DNA from: Bugula neritina | Taxonomy: Eukaryota; Animalia; Bryozoa | Direction of reading: 5' to 3' | Assembly (NCBI GenBank): GCA_964035545.1 | Contig: OZ037765.1 | Location: 22,319,504 to 22,383,503, forward strand | Length of the DNA: 64,000 nt | In this document: in pieces, positions 1-13,900 of the stretch | How positions within the stretch are numbered: position 1 is the first letter of the stretch | Layout of the letters: the number at the start of each line of letters is the position of its first letter | Translations under genes and position numbers: made by a program | The notes under the pieces: generated by a model | The model's database searches: none | Told to the model about the DNA's origin: nothing | What the model saw: only the letters and a program-made list of their open reading frames with translations

Positions 1-1918
1 CTTTAACTGTATAAAATGAAATTATGTTGAAACAACCTCTACTTTTTATAGGATGTGAAATGTTGACTTTTGTTTGCAAACATTCGTATTCAAATAGGTA
101 AGGTCACGTTGGGCACCATTAGACCTTTTGCAATATTCCTTTCACCCTGCACCTGTCACAGTGGAGTTGACAGAGAGCCTAGCTATTACTAGCAGAGCTT
201 CAGTACAAAGTACCATAACTTTTGGATTGAACCTATAATTTTCGAAATTTACTTCAAATTCTCAACGTTTGATTCACAGTAACCATTAGAAAAGTTGGCA
301 ATGGATATTATTTAACTAGAAACTCAAGTTTAATATAAAACAGCAAATAACATTGTCAATTTTTCCCTCCTCTCTGTCAAATATCATATAAAGTTCGATG
401 TCGCGGTGCAATTTTACACTTGACAGAGCCGTGATTGATTAGTAGAAAGAAAAGCAAAGTGCTGCGCTATTTTCAAGGACAATATATGTCCCATTAGCCT
501 GACTATTTTTATACCGAAAGCGTTTAAATGATAAAAATACTGCAAATGACAGAGGTATCACAAATAAACCATGTCAAGTGGTTACGCCCTAAAATACCCA
601 TTTCAATTAGTTACTGAGCTTGCACTTGGCGTCATTACTTTGTATCATATTATTAGAGTGTCTGACGTTCTCTTAACATCATAGGGTCTTAGATACACTT
701 TTTGGCTGCCCAAACTCACTGTAACATTGAAAGGGCCAAATAACTCTGCCAAATTTTGGCTCACGAGAGCATAACAACTTGGCCAAAAGAAAATATTTTT
801 AGTGTTAGTTTTAATTAGTACCAATGTTGCAAAGATCATTTCCAGCTCAATAATTGCACAATAAGGTAAATTTGAATGTAAATTGAAAAATCTGGATTGC
901 GCCTAAACACACCATAATGAAAGACGTAATTACAATCTCGTTCCAGTTTCGAATAATAAACTTGAAATGTTATTTCTCAACACACCAGAAATGAAACACT
1001 CAGACCACCAAGCAGCTACCGCCAATACCAACATCCGCACTCTCAACTAACATCCGTACACCTCGCAGAAGCATGACTCGCTACCTCCCATAAAACAACA
1101 AAGTTATCACATGTGAGAATACATATCAAGAAATTATTCCACTTTTAATTACAACTTCAAAAATAAACAAGCCGAAATGTTTTGTTACCTTTTGAAAAAT
1201 CAATGCGATCAACAAAGATATTGTCCATGCAAATTAAAAGCTTTTCCAAAGTTCCGGTGTTACTAATATTTGGGGGAAATTTATGGCTGCGTTACGACGA
1301 ACTTATAGAATTTAAAAGTTCTGCAATGAGAAAAACAGCAACTGATAAAAAATGGAGAATGTTTGCAGACGAGCCTTAGAGACGAGACGCAGGAAAACAC
1401 GAGGGAAGAGATGAGAAAGTAGGGAGGTATTTTCGTGCCAACGAGTTTTGTTTTGCTAAACTATGTGCAGAAGTTCAGCTGCCAACAGGGCTGAAGTGGA
1501 TCCCATGAACTTACATCCAGGTTCGGAAAGTCAGCACGCAGATTGTCCAGGAAACTGCTCCACAAACATTACAAAACTTGTTTGCTTGTAATTAAATGTT
1601 ATTCATTACATTCGAAAAAACAATGTTGACTCGTTGAGAGATTCAAATGCAGCTGGTGACACTGCAATTTGGTTAGTTACTTTCTAAAAAGAAGCTCGCT
1701 GTGTTCTTACTGCAAAACATCTAGAAAACAATATTCTCATAGATTGCAATTATTTTGGTAAAGCTGAAAGAAGCTGACAATTTTATTTGCAAGGATGAAT
1801 ACTCTATATATATTAGGTTAGAATAAAATGGCGAACATCAGAAATGCCTGTAAATGAGTAGAGCAACTGATATATAATTAAACACACAATATACTGACCA
1901 TCATTAGCTAGAATATAC

Positions 1919-4900
1919 TTGAGTCTGTGTGCACTTTGTGTCAGCTGCTGTAGGCGCTCAAAGATAACATCTGCATCACCTTTATCTACAGTAGCAATCG
2001 AACATTAGAAATGGAAAATTTCTATGAATATGAAATTTTCAATCAAAGCTACAAATAACAAATATTTCCAAACAAAAAATATTATGCAACCATGGATAAA
2101 TAATGCTACTCTTGAAAACCATTTTCTAATAGAAAAGAAAGCAAAATTTTTATTTCAAAATATTACTATATATAATTTAAAGGAAGCTTTTTTAACACTA
2201 ATTACTCAAAAAGGGTAAAAATATTAATTCACGGTGACAATCTCAAACCCAATTTTTATGATTCAACATATTATTGAACCAAAGTTTTGTGCCCATAAGG
2301 TCCTTATTCAGACAAAGTACACCACTATGAAGCTGTATAACAATTTAGAAAGTGTCATTGTACCAACAACATGGGCTAGAAGTTGATCTACTCTGGAGAG
2401 AGAGTGGGCCACAGACTCTTTGTACTCCGACATCTCCTTCTCAATTATTCTTCTGGCGGAACTCTCATGCTCATCGGCCATTTGCTTTTCTTGCAACCTC
2501 AACATGTCAATCTCGTGTTTCTTATGAGCCAGGCGAGTTTTAGTCATTTCTGATTCCATTTCTTTATTCAATTCTACAGCCTTTGACTTTAGCTAGACAA
2601 ATTCATAGATAATATCACTTAAACTGCAATGATAAGATGTAGTAAATTGCTACAACTTTCTAGAACATAAAAGTTTTGAGATTAAAATGATACATAGAAC
2701 CATAGAAGCATTTCCATAAAACTTTTTGGTGGTGCTCAATAGCAATTTCAAACTAATGCAAAAAAGTGGGCTGACCTAAAAATTTGCCGAACAAACATAA
2801 AATGTACCCTGAATTTTAGAGCTGGATAGATAACACATACTTCCGCTTGATATATAAACAGTAGTGGGTGGGTAGTACATGGGTATTTAACTAAACCTAC
2901 AATTTGTTTTGCAGAGTTGCCAAGACTATATGGGATCATAAAGTTGAGAAGCTTAGTTCTAAGGGCAGTGCCAACTAGTTCCAAGTAATTAGATGTTACC
3001 GGCTTTTAAAACTTGCCAATCTTATGAAATTTAGTTGACCCTTTTTACAAGGTCGTAAGAAATTCAGGATGTGACTTGTGACTTTAATCATGCCTCTCTT
3101 GTTTTGACAAATTGAATCACAGTGGTTTTGCAAGATTTAAATGCCAATTTAAAAGTTTATTTGTGCAATTTAATTAATATGGCATAGAGTGGCAGCCCCT
3201 TATGATTTGAAGATTACCAAATCTATACATGACGTTGCTAATGGCTATAAATGATAAGGAGCATACAGAAAATTTTTTTCATTTACAAAAAGTCTATAAT
3301 TATTACAAACATAATATCCAAATTACTTCAGTAGCTAATTTTACTAAACAAAAAAGACTAAAAATAGAAGGAAAATAAACATATTAGAAAAGTATAAAGC
3401 ATAAAAATATATTACCATGAAAGATATTCTTAAGATTTTCTGCCACCTTGCACTTTTTGCACCATCAAAAATTTAGACATACGAAGTTAAACTAATAAAA
3501 TTATTTTTTGTGCTGCAAAAGTATATTTTACAGTATAGAAATGCAAAAACACACCAAAGTTGTATCACTACTTCTGCCAGTTTATATGACGAATTTTATC
3601 ATTATGCGAGATAGGTGCAGCTAATCCCAAGCTTTCCAATGATGTAAAAACTGTTAAAGAATTCCTGACACACTTTACTTATATAGCATGAAAATATTCA
3701 TCTATGTCTTAGCTATCATTTTAACACTCTTTTAGGGTTTCAGGTCTAAACAATTTTGTTTTATAACAGTTTTAGTGCATGCATGTCCAAAAAACTTCGA
3801 GAATTTTTTTCGCCCTTCTGTGACGTATTACACCGCAGTTGCGAGAAATAGATGGAAACGCCGCCTGTAAGACATTCGGAAATTAAGTATTGGCTATATT
3901 TTCCGTTGCATGTAACCTTAGTTTTAGCATTTTTAATTTATCGGACGTCTGTCTAGCCCCCAATTAGTATTTTTTTGTGGAATTTAGGTTTTATTTCATA
4001 AACAAATTTCGCGGCAATAAATACATAGCTACCAACTTACCGTGTCCGAGTCTGTGCAGTGTAATTGTGATAAAGATAAACCTAATACAGAAATAACATA
4101 AATACGATATCAATATGAACATATCTGGCTCTGACGAAGAATACTTAGAGCACAGTGAGAATCGCAATGAGTATGACTATGACAATCACACTCACGCTGT
4201 CACTGAGATTTCTGAAGTAATGGGCTATCAGTTTGAGCCGTTTACGTATCAAGATGAAAATGGAGATGATAGTCATGACAAGGATTTTACTGTTACTGAT
4301 GAGCAACAGGTGATAATATTTATAATTTTACAGTATCAGTACGATTTAATTTTATAAACTATAGTGTTACTAATACCGTAATACTAATAGTAATACTAAT
4401 ACTAATAGTAATACTTTAACTTTAAGTTATAAGTATAAGCTAGTATAAGTTATAAATTATTATAATTATAATATTTCATTTTCATTTTGTAATCGAAATT
4501 CCAATGCTCAATGCCAATGCTCGTATTGATCCTGGCTTAATTAGTTAATATAGCTGAGTTTTGTGCTACTAAAGCTTTAGAGCAAGCATGATATCAAATT
4601 ACAAGCTAAATATTTGATGATTGCTACCGGTTTATATAATAATAATATTATTAATAATAAAGTGATAATCATTAAATTTAATGATTACAAATTCCAGTCA
4701 AGTAATTAAATATTTGATCAATACTAATTTTGTTATTACTACTACCAATACAGGTATTAGTATTAATTATTTGTAGTTAGATTTACCTGATAATTTAAGT
4801 CAAGGGAAAGACCGTATTTTTATAAATGCATAATAATGATAATTATTATTCACTTTTATTGTAATTGTGGTTATACCGATCCTTAACAAAATAAGTTAAT

Positions 4901-7900
4901 CACATACATAATCATGTGAAACTTGCATTCACGATGATAGCATTTAGTATTTTATTTCTAAGCCCCCTATTTCTCTGAATTTCTGCTTTTATAGTATAAC
5001 ATATAGTACTAACAACAATAAAATATTTTAAAATTTCTGAAAATTAGTTTATTTCATAGCAAAAATTATGAGTTTGTTTTGATATAAAAAATCTAATTAA
5101 TTTTCAACTATAAATATAAAAATAGTTTGAACAGTAATGCAAACTTGGAATATTTTAAAACCCATGATTTTAAAGTATTTTCAAACTTCAGCCTCATTGG
5201 ACTCAATTTTCAATACAAAGAAACATACAGGAAACAAATTTAGACACAGTAATCAATGGACTTAATGTGGATGATACTGGTAATAACGTTTTTAGAAAAG
5301 CTTGTTTGTTTTGTAGAAAAATATAAGGCCAGCCACGGAGTGGTGCACTTGCCACCGCTGCCAAAATCAGCCTACAGTGGAACAGTCTGTTTGTTGCCGT
5401 GATCATGCTGCAAACCTTCGATTAGATAGCAGCATGGAATGTATAACACTGCACCCGGGAGTACAGCAATTGACGCAACCAGCTGTATTAGAAGTTGCAT
5501 ACAGCAGCTACCTGAGATATCATGGTTAGTCAATTGCTACTGTAGATCAGTAACTGTCATTGTTAGTTTTTCTAGATAGTCTTACTTGATTATTTAGCCA
5601 ATCATTTATTTTGGTAGATGATTTGTTTGATGAGAAGGCCCATTCTCTCAACACTAAAAAAAGGTTCTGCAGCTACCGGTTTTTGGTGTTCTGGCTGTTT
5701 CCAGATATTAAAAAGGGTGAGAGACGCCCTTTACCAGCTTGCTTATACGATTGGGTGCAAGCTACATTCCCCCCAACTGAAGATGAGGAAGAATTTGCTG
5801 AATGGATGTTCAGCAAATTCGTGTACAATGAAGATTTATGAACATTAACACTCTGGTGATTTTTAGTAGCAGTCAGTTGCTACTGCCTCTTGTAGTGTGT
5901 ACAGCTTACTATGAGAATAAACCTCATTATTTGCAATCTCCCTGACCTTTGAAATTAATTTACCGTTGAGTTTGAGTTGCAATAATGGTGAATATACTTC
6001 AATATGGTGACTATTTTTGCGCTGAACTTTTCAAGTGACTCTAAGATCATATTCTACAATATCTACATTTCAATGGAAACTGAGACTACAAGTAGATATA
6101 TTGTCCAAATTTATTTTTGACACACCTTGAGGTGGAAAATTAAAAATATTATTTCCATTACACAAAAATATTTGGTTTTTTGTTGCATTAGAACATGCAT
6201 TTTAAATAAAAATAAATATGTAGAAAAGCTATGAATTCAGTTTTTGAGCTAAGTGAACAATACTATTTCGCCATATTTCTATATACCAGCATTGAACAGC
6301 TTTGCTTCTAATCTTTTTCTGCATCCTTTTAGGTGTTTGCACATATTTGTTGTGTCCTATTCCTTTCTGTAGGCCCTTCTTTTCTGGCTTACGATGGAGA
6401 GCTGGTTTTTTTGTTTGACTTGGCAAAGCTCTAAAATATTATTATATATGAAGGTAACTGGAAAAGTATTATTGAAACAGCTTCAGAAAATCTCAATTGC
6501 TGTCTATATCATATTTCAATTTTATTGCTCAAGATCGCATTTTCAATATTATAATCCTTACAGAAAACCAGGGTCTGTTCTTTTTAACCAGCGAGCTTCT
6601 TTAGGTGTGATAGTGGCCGCCTGCTGACTTTGTTTCCGAGGAGTTAATGGAGTGCATCCAGTTGCACCCTCAGTTTCCACTAAATGAATAGTTGGGACTG
6701 CTGTTTTCTCTAAATGCAATCTAAAGAGTAAATCAAAGACAATGAATTTTTATTCTTTCAATAAGTGAACAATATTTACCATTAATTTTTACTGGTATTG
6801 ATGATGGGCACCATTACCAGTATCATACTCATAGCATGAGTATCAGTGCGTATGAATCATAATATTAATGGTATGTATCCAAGTGACTATGACACATTCT
6901 GATAATCATAAGTCTTTCATATTATCGCCATTATAAATGAATTTCCTTACAATAATGGTTATCGTGTAAATCATAAATGCAAACTTGTACTTGCAAGTTT
7001 ATGTCATAGTCACATGAAATTGAATCAACACGGTCATGACAATCCTATTGACTTATACCAACTTGTAGTAATACTTGATACTAGTTGATAGTTATAGTTA
7101 TACTTATTGTTGAAAATCAACATTAAAAAAACTATCATTAGCCTATCGTCTAATTATATCACAATCACTAAGTCATTAGTCAGTATCACTATGACTATGA
7201 GTTTGAGTGAGTTATTCACTTACATGTTAATGAGTTTTGTTTTATACATGCCCATGTTTGTAAATTGTTCATCACCAAAATGCTGAAAACACAAACGAGA
7301 GTTGTTATCAGGCAGAAAGTTTTTTCTTTTCGTATTGACAAACTTGGTCCATTTTTCACCACACGCAGTATCAGCAGGCCGTTTAAACATGTGTTTTTCC
7401 TTGTACGAACACATTGCAGCTTCACACACTCTTCTTTTGCATTTGCCTTTAGAACTTGAAGCCATTCGTGTAGTCATGTCGACAGTAAGTGTAACTAGTA
7501 ATATAGGTAATAAGTTTGTTCATTAGAGTCCAATGGCAATATGAATATGAAATCTAATTTATATAGATAGCGAGCGACTACTACTAGTAGTAGTACTACT
7601 AGGCACAGGTTATATTGGTAATATCCGGTTACGGTAATGATAATCTATTTGGAAGCGTAATAAGTTACATAATTGAATATGCAATTATTTGTAATGTTTT
7701 ATAGAAAAGTTTACCACTCGTTGGATTTAGCTAATTTCTTTCAACAATATCGTGTTATCCCCGTACTTAGCCACCCGTTCTAATTACATCGTGAGGGTGA
7801 GGCTATTTCATTTTTCCGATGCTCAAAATTTCTAACGGAAGTAACTTTAGCTCTTAATATCAATAATAAAATGGTATCATTTGTTTTTTTCATTGAGCCT

Positions 7901-10900
7901 TAGTTGTACTCTGTGTTTTAAAATTTATGTCAGTTTAGTGATTTATCTGTGTGTTGCAGTGGCTAAAAATAAAATGCTGTGAAAGTATGCAATTATTACT
8001 ATTAGTTATATAGTAACTAGGACTCGAAGCAGACCGGAAACCGGCGTAATACGTGTGCACTGAGAGCTTAGAAATCCGAAAGTTTTCTGGACATGCATGC
8101 ACTAATCTTGTTATAAAACAAAATAGTCTAGCCATCCACCCTCAAAGGGGTGGTCTAGTGATAGCTAAGATATAGATGAATATTTTCGTGCTATATAAGT
8201 AAAGTGTGTCAGGGATTCTTTAAGCAGTAGTAGATCTTCAATCCAACCACATGTAGACAAAATTCTGCCAGAAAATTACTAACAAAGAAGCACTTTAACA
8301 TAAAAGTACACTGAAATTTATCATCCTATGTTTTCAAAATGGAAGATTGTTAATACCTAATTTATGATCAAATGTTGCCAAAACTGCAGATTTTATATTT
8401 TTTGAAGCAGATAATTAGTTTTACTGACGGCTTGATGTACAGGATACAGCCGCTAAGTCTACAGTGTCCTTTGCACATCACTTTGCTATCAGCTTATAGT
8501 CTAACTAAATATTATTTTATTGAAGCTATGATGCCAACACTGAAAAGTTATTCCTTTATTAATCACGGCGTCAAGAGCTTTCAAGTGGTACTATTTTAAA
8601 ACTCTTGGCAGAAATATCAAAAGGATAAACGGTACCAACCAGATAAAGCATGCAACTCAACCCTGCAGTACATTTAGTAGGAAGATCTTAACTAGAAGAA
8701 AGTACATTCTCAAACCAAGAATGTTACAAAATTGAAACCTATTTTGACAAAACTATTAAAAATAAATTGTTTTTGTCTTCAGCTGCACCTATCTTCGACG
8801 CATTTGAGTTTGCAACTTATACGACTCCACAACTTTATCTTATAACCACCGTCATTTTTTTGTTGACTTCCACCCTACCAAAATAACCCTATGAATTCTA
8901 ATTTTGAGTATACATGAAGCTTCCGAAAATTTTTCCAAGCAATATACTAATAAACAAAAATGTTTTGCAATGTTTTGTATTTGCGTTAGACTAAGATTCA
9001 TAAAGATACTGAGAAAACCCAAGCTAAGCGAGTTTCTAGAATACCTGATCATCTCTCGCCACTTTGCACTGCTCTGCCTGCTGACTCAGGTTTTCTTCTA
9101 GTCTTTTCCTAAACTCTGAGTCATCAGCCATTCTCTGTTCACCTAAACTCTCCTAGAAATATTATAGTGATAAACGATTACACATGAACATCCTTTCTAA
9201 GAATTAAAACCTTGAAACACTCTTTCGATATTATTCAATAAAAGATATCAAGGCTGGGTCCCCTCTAACAGGGATTAGATTATTTAGACAGTGTGTAAAG
9301 CTGCAAAACTTTAGACTTCAATATTGCTAGTATGAATAATTTCAATCTGACTAATTTTCCCCAAAAAAATCGAGCCATGAAATAGTCAATCGTGGGCCAC
9401 AGGAATAGTATGCTCAGGTTTGTCTACTTGCTGCAAGTTAAAAATGACTAGCAACTTCATCATAAGACTCACTATAAATGAACAGAACACGTAATATCTA
9501 GTCCGTGTGCACTCTATTTCGGCTATAACATAAAATGCAACACTCAGTTCAGTTTGACAACTCACAAATATGCTGCTCTGACCTTACTAGAAATTTTCAC
9601 CTTAGAAAACGTTTCACAAGTTAAGTCTGTTTGGATAAAACTCTCAGATGCCAACAGTAAACTGCAGTTCAATATAAAATTTACAGCCTTGGCAGGTCAT
9701 TTCTAAAAGAAACCGCCTTGAAAACAAAATCTGTTAGTCACCAGGAATGATGTAATCCTTGACACAACCACAATGTGATAATTTCCAAGATATTTAGTTT
9801 TTTACTTGTTGAAAGCCTTTTCATTTATTGATAAACTAATTAATTGTCTGCCATTGAAGTTCTCAGAAAAAAATAATGCCAACAAAAATCAAAAACACCC
9901 AAAACCTAGCCTCTATCATAACAGAAATAGCTCTGATAAAATGCATTTATTATGATTTAAAACATTTCAGAAAAAGTATTTGTTATTATTTTGTCAAGAG
10001 TTAAAATTCTCACAAACAGGATGTGTGCACTATGTACTGTCTTACACTGCAAGTCACAAGGTAGTGGTGAAAGTAGTTGGATGTTAGAAGTCTGTGTTAG
10101 TTCAGTGATGTGGTATTATTCCACTACCTTACTCGAGTAAATTTAAGAGAAACTATGTATACTGCACAACAAAACTTTAGTTGATGAACTACAATGTTAA
10201 TTATGGGTCATTTTACTTTATTTAGTACACATCAGCAAGTTAGGACTAAAACTTAGTTTCCTCAAAATTTATGAAAATTTACTATATGAGGTAATTTCAT
10301 GTCCTGGAACATATTAGCGCAAACTTCATTGTTATATGAGCTAAATAGATATTATATGCGGACTGTGATTGTTTTTCATCACGATTTGAAAATCTCAATT
10401 CACTAAATATTTACAAAAAAAGCATAGGAAATTAAGCAAAATTAAAAAGAACCTTGATTGTTTAGTTGTGTTTGTTTATATTTTATTATTTTAAGGCAAA
10501 AACCCATATACATTAGCAGCTAAATTGTGAAAAATGGCTAAAAATTAGAGATATCGAGTGTAAACTGAATTAAGTAAAATGACCCTTTAAATATATTAAA
10601 TTTTTAACGTCGCTACTTCAGTAAAAATTTTCTATTGAAAACTCTACAGCGTTTCAAAATAATTAAATGAAATTTATGATTTTAGCACATGCATGTAAGT
10701 GCAAGTACAAGCAGAACTTGCTTATAACTTTTCTAAACAAATTTATCAACTTTTCATCAACTAATTTTAAAGCATTAAAGGAGAGATACAGAACCATAAA
10801 TTTGCCATAAAAATTGGAAGTTGATTGGCTGAAACAGGCATTTCATGGCCACATAAAAATGGCTTCTAAATAAAAGTTTGCTGTAATAACCGGTCCTGAT

Positions 10901-13900
10901 CACTAAGTGACTTGCATAAACATCATTATAATCTGTATACTGCAGTTATATTTGAACCAAAATATTTCAATCCAACATCTAATCACTTAGCAACAACTTT
11001 TTTGCACATATTTTAAAACAATATAATTTAAAAACTTGAAAAAAATTTTCTTTTTTTTCTAAAAGAGTCCATCTTGTATTGAAGCGAATCTTTTTGGTAT
11101 CATAGCATTCATGTTTTGTTGAATAACTCTTTTACAACTTTAAGCAACTAAATTGCCAACTTAGATAAAATGGCATGGCAGAATTGAGATTAATTTATGT
11201 TTCACAACAATAATTCTAAATTCAACAACATCCGTTTTATGATAAGGCGGATGTGGCTCAACATGAAAAAGCTGTAGAATGCAGATAGGCTGTGCTAAGA
11301 CAAAGTAGAAAATTGTAAACATGCATAGGTTATATTGTGAATAAAGTTATAAAAGTTGCATCTTATAATCAATCTTTTCCTAAAAAATTTTTTGGCTTTC
11401 TATGTTGAATAAACTTATACCAGAAACTAATTTGCAAACACTTATAAAATTGAATTGAAATATAAAATTTATGTCAACGCCTAATAATACATCCTGGAGT
11501 ATAATTATGTTATGATAATTTAGCATTATGCATGACACCAGATTTAGAATAAATTACAATGTTATTAATATTATATAATTTCTTGATGTGCTATTTTTAC
11601 CAACTCCTATAACATTTTGATCCTGGTAGGCAATTGGCTTCGCTTACCAGGATGGAATAGATAACAATAAAACTACATGGGAATTAGAGCTACTGTACCA
11701 TAATGCAATTGACAACTTTCAATGCACAGTCAACATTAGCAATATCATTTATTTTAAAACTCGGTTCTTTTGGACACTTGAAAAGCATTTAGTTTTGGTT
11801 TCTAATAACCCCATATCTTCAAAAATTCATAACATGTATCTTAGTTTTAAACAATAATTAAAATATCATTCAAAATGTTAGGTTGAAAACATTATTCTCT
11901 AGACTCTAGAGTATGGACAAAGAAAGTGGCTACATGATAAATATTATTGGCTACTTCTAATGTGAAACCTATCCAAGACAGATAAATTTGCTTTAAATCT
12001 AAAGAGACCTGAAGACCTTGGGAAGCTTTGTTTTTTTCTTTTTATCAACGAGCATATTACCATGATAGTCAACAAAGAAAATACCAGACAGCATGCTATT
12101 ATATGGTAACTTTGGCAAAAATTCTGACACAATTCATTAGCCAGTCGCCTGTTGGTCAAAGGAGTACAAGTCCATCGACCTGGGTCAGTTATTGTTTAAT
12201 ATTCACTGGCAGACAGTTCAAAAATAAACTCTCAGCAGTATGTCTCATTTTGCAAGGTTATCACTATGGCCTTGGACAGTGTACACACATGAACAGGAAG
12301 TTGAGCTGAACTTTCAATTTGCATATAAATTTCAGATAAGCATGAGAATTTGTGAGAATGTTTTTAAATGCCGGGTGTTAGCTAACCAGAAAATTAGAAT
12401 ATGCTGTCAAAATTAATGATTGACTTTGCCTGGGTTTTTCATTTGTTAAGTATTTAAGAAACAGCATAATAATTTTGTGAATTTCATGTGAAACTATTTT
12501 GATGGATGATTTCGTTTCTCTTTGAAAAAAAGTTAATTAATTATATCACTGTTGCAATTTTAACAGCATAACATTTGTTATGTAATTTATCAACAACTTG
12601 TTTGAAGAAAAGTTTTATTATTACATGTTGCATACAGCATATCATCTTATAAAATCAGCTTCTTTCTATTTCACCTTTCTAAACAAATTTACATCAAATA
12701 TATTGAAATGCATTACTTTAGTTAGTCTTATTTTAGTTCAATGTCCTAGTATCCAATAAATTGATGCTGTCTCTACGGGTTTTATTCGTGGAATTTAGTA
12801 TTTTTAGAACATTAAACTGATTGCGTTGAAAGAATAAAAACACAAATAAATAGCCATCAACACACTAAAGAAAAACTAAATTCCCAAAGCGTTCAGTACA
12901 ATTAGCGTATATAATCATGAGTTTTTATGCCATTGAATGTTTTACTAATAAATGTCCCAAAACTTGGATCGTATAATATTCCAATAGATCGACTTGCATT
13001 TGCCTGCAAAATGTGAAAAGAAGTTAGCAGTAAATTGCTCGATGCTTCACCCGTTCTTATTTCTCATCTACCACCACCATCATCACACTGTTTTAGAAAA
13101 ACAATACATTGGATATACTAACTTCAAGACACCAGAACTTGAGCTAAAATCAATAGATTCAAAACTCCAGCTTGAGATCAATCTAAACCCATAAGCCTTG
13201 TCCTTCACATTAGGTTAGAACAGAATTTAATTTTGGTGAATGGTGCAACATTCAACCACACTTTGACTATTCATCAAAAATAGATTTTCGGTACAGTCTT
13301 GTATCATCTTCGGAGCATTAAAACAACATATTTCATCCTTCAAAATGGTATAAGGCAGTACCAAAATACTAGCATTAAAACATAATTTCACATTTTCATT
13401 GCATACTTAATGTAGCCTAATTGTTGGCTATATAGGTGTATACAGTAAAATCTGGAAATACATATTGATTTCGGCTGTAGCTGTATGCTTTCTTCGAATG
13501 AGTTTATACTAAAAACAAAAATACTCTAATTACTAGTAATGTAATTAGACTTTTTTTTTCCAATAGCCTGTATATATTTTTACAGCTGGGTTCTTAAGAC
13601 ATTTGGTGAAAAAACTCCAATTTTTTTTCTACTTCTAAAATCTAAATTCTAAAAATCATAACTTGTAGAGCTGTTTTTCAACATCAATGGTGATTATGAT
13701 TGCGATTACAAAATTGCTCGGTTTATGAAAATGCCACCATTAATAAATTCACTACTTTTTATTTGATGCTGAAAATAATTTGTTACCAGTCAAATGGGGT
13801 TGGAAATCGTACTGTCTGTGCAGTGAATACTTTTACTGACTAGCAATAAGGTTAACTCAAGTGATAACAACAAATATGTTGTTTACAGTTTTAAGACAGT

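Larger units (their letters stand above)
3658..8219. mobile_element. Non-autonomous Kolobok-type DNA transposon (TTAA TSD, AG...CT termini, long imperfect TIRs) in a MIC60 intron
   Basis: TTAA at 3654-3657 and 8220-8223. The outer TIR block 3658-3718 matches 8159-8219 at 58/61. Further inverted blocks: 3754-3797/8080-8123 and ~3824-3836/8041-8054. TTAA TSD, RR...YY ends, a THAP gene and a KolX/P2X7-ballast-like gene together form the Kolobok signature. Confidence 0.85.

Noticed and set aside
880-1560. Relatively CpG-rich stretch, possibly a MIC60 exon or a transposon
   Set aside because: No in-phase mitofilin-like exon, and no TIR or TSD could be defined by eye.
5618-5848. Alternative-frame ORF 5618-5848 and antisense ORFs 5203-5406, 7265-7459 and 7302-7526
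   Set aside because: Overlap shadows of the KolX and THAP exons.
5842-6228. Hidden DDE transposase exons between the two Kolobok genes
   Set aside because: Under 400 bp, AT-rich, only short open frames without catalytic motifs, and it contains both poly(A) signals.
3540-8850. Shared 14-mer agataggtgcagct on opposite strands (~3609 and ~8781) suggesting an older element surrounding the Kolobok insertion
   Set aside because: Similarity is too short to define ends or a TSD.
13120-13185. Possible MIC60 exon encoding LNLLILAQ
   Set aside because: In-frame stops, and the true homologous exon is at 15937-15822.
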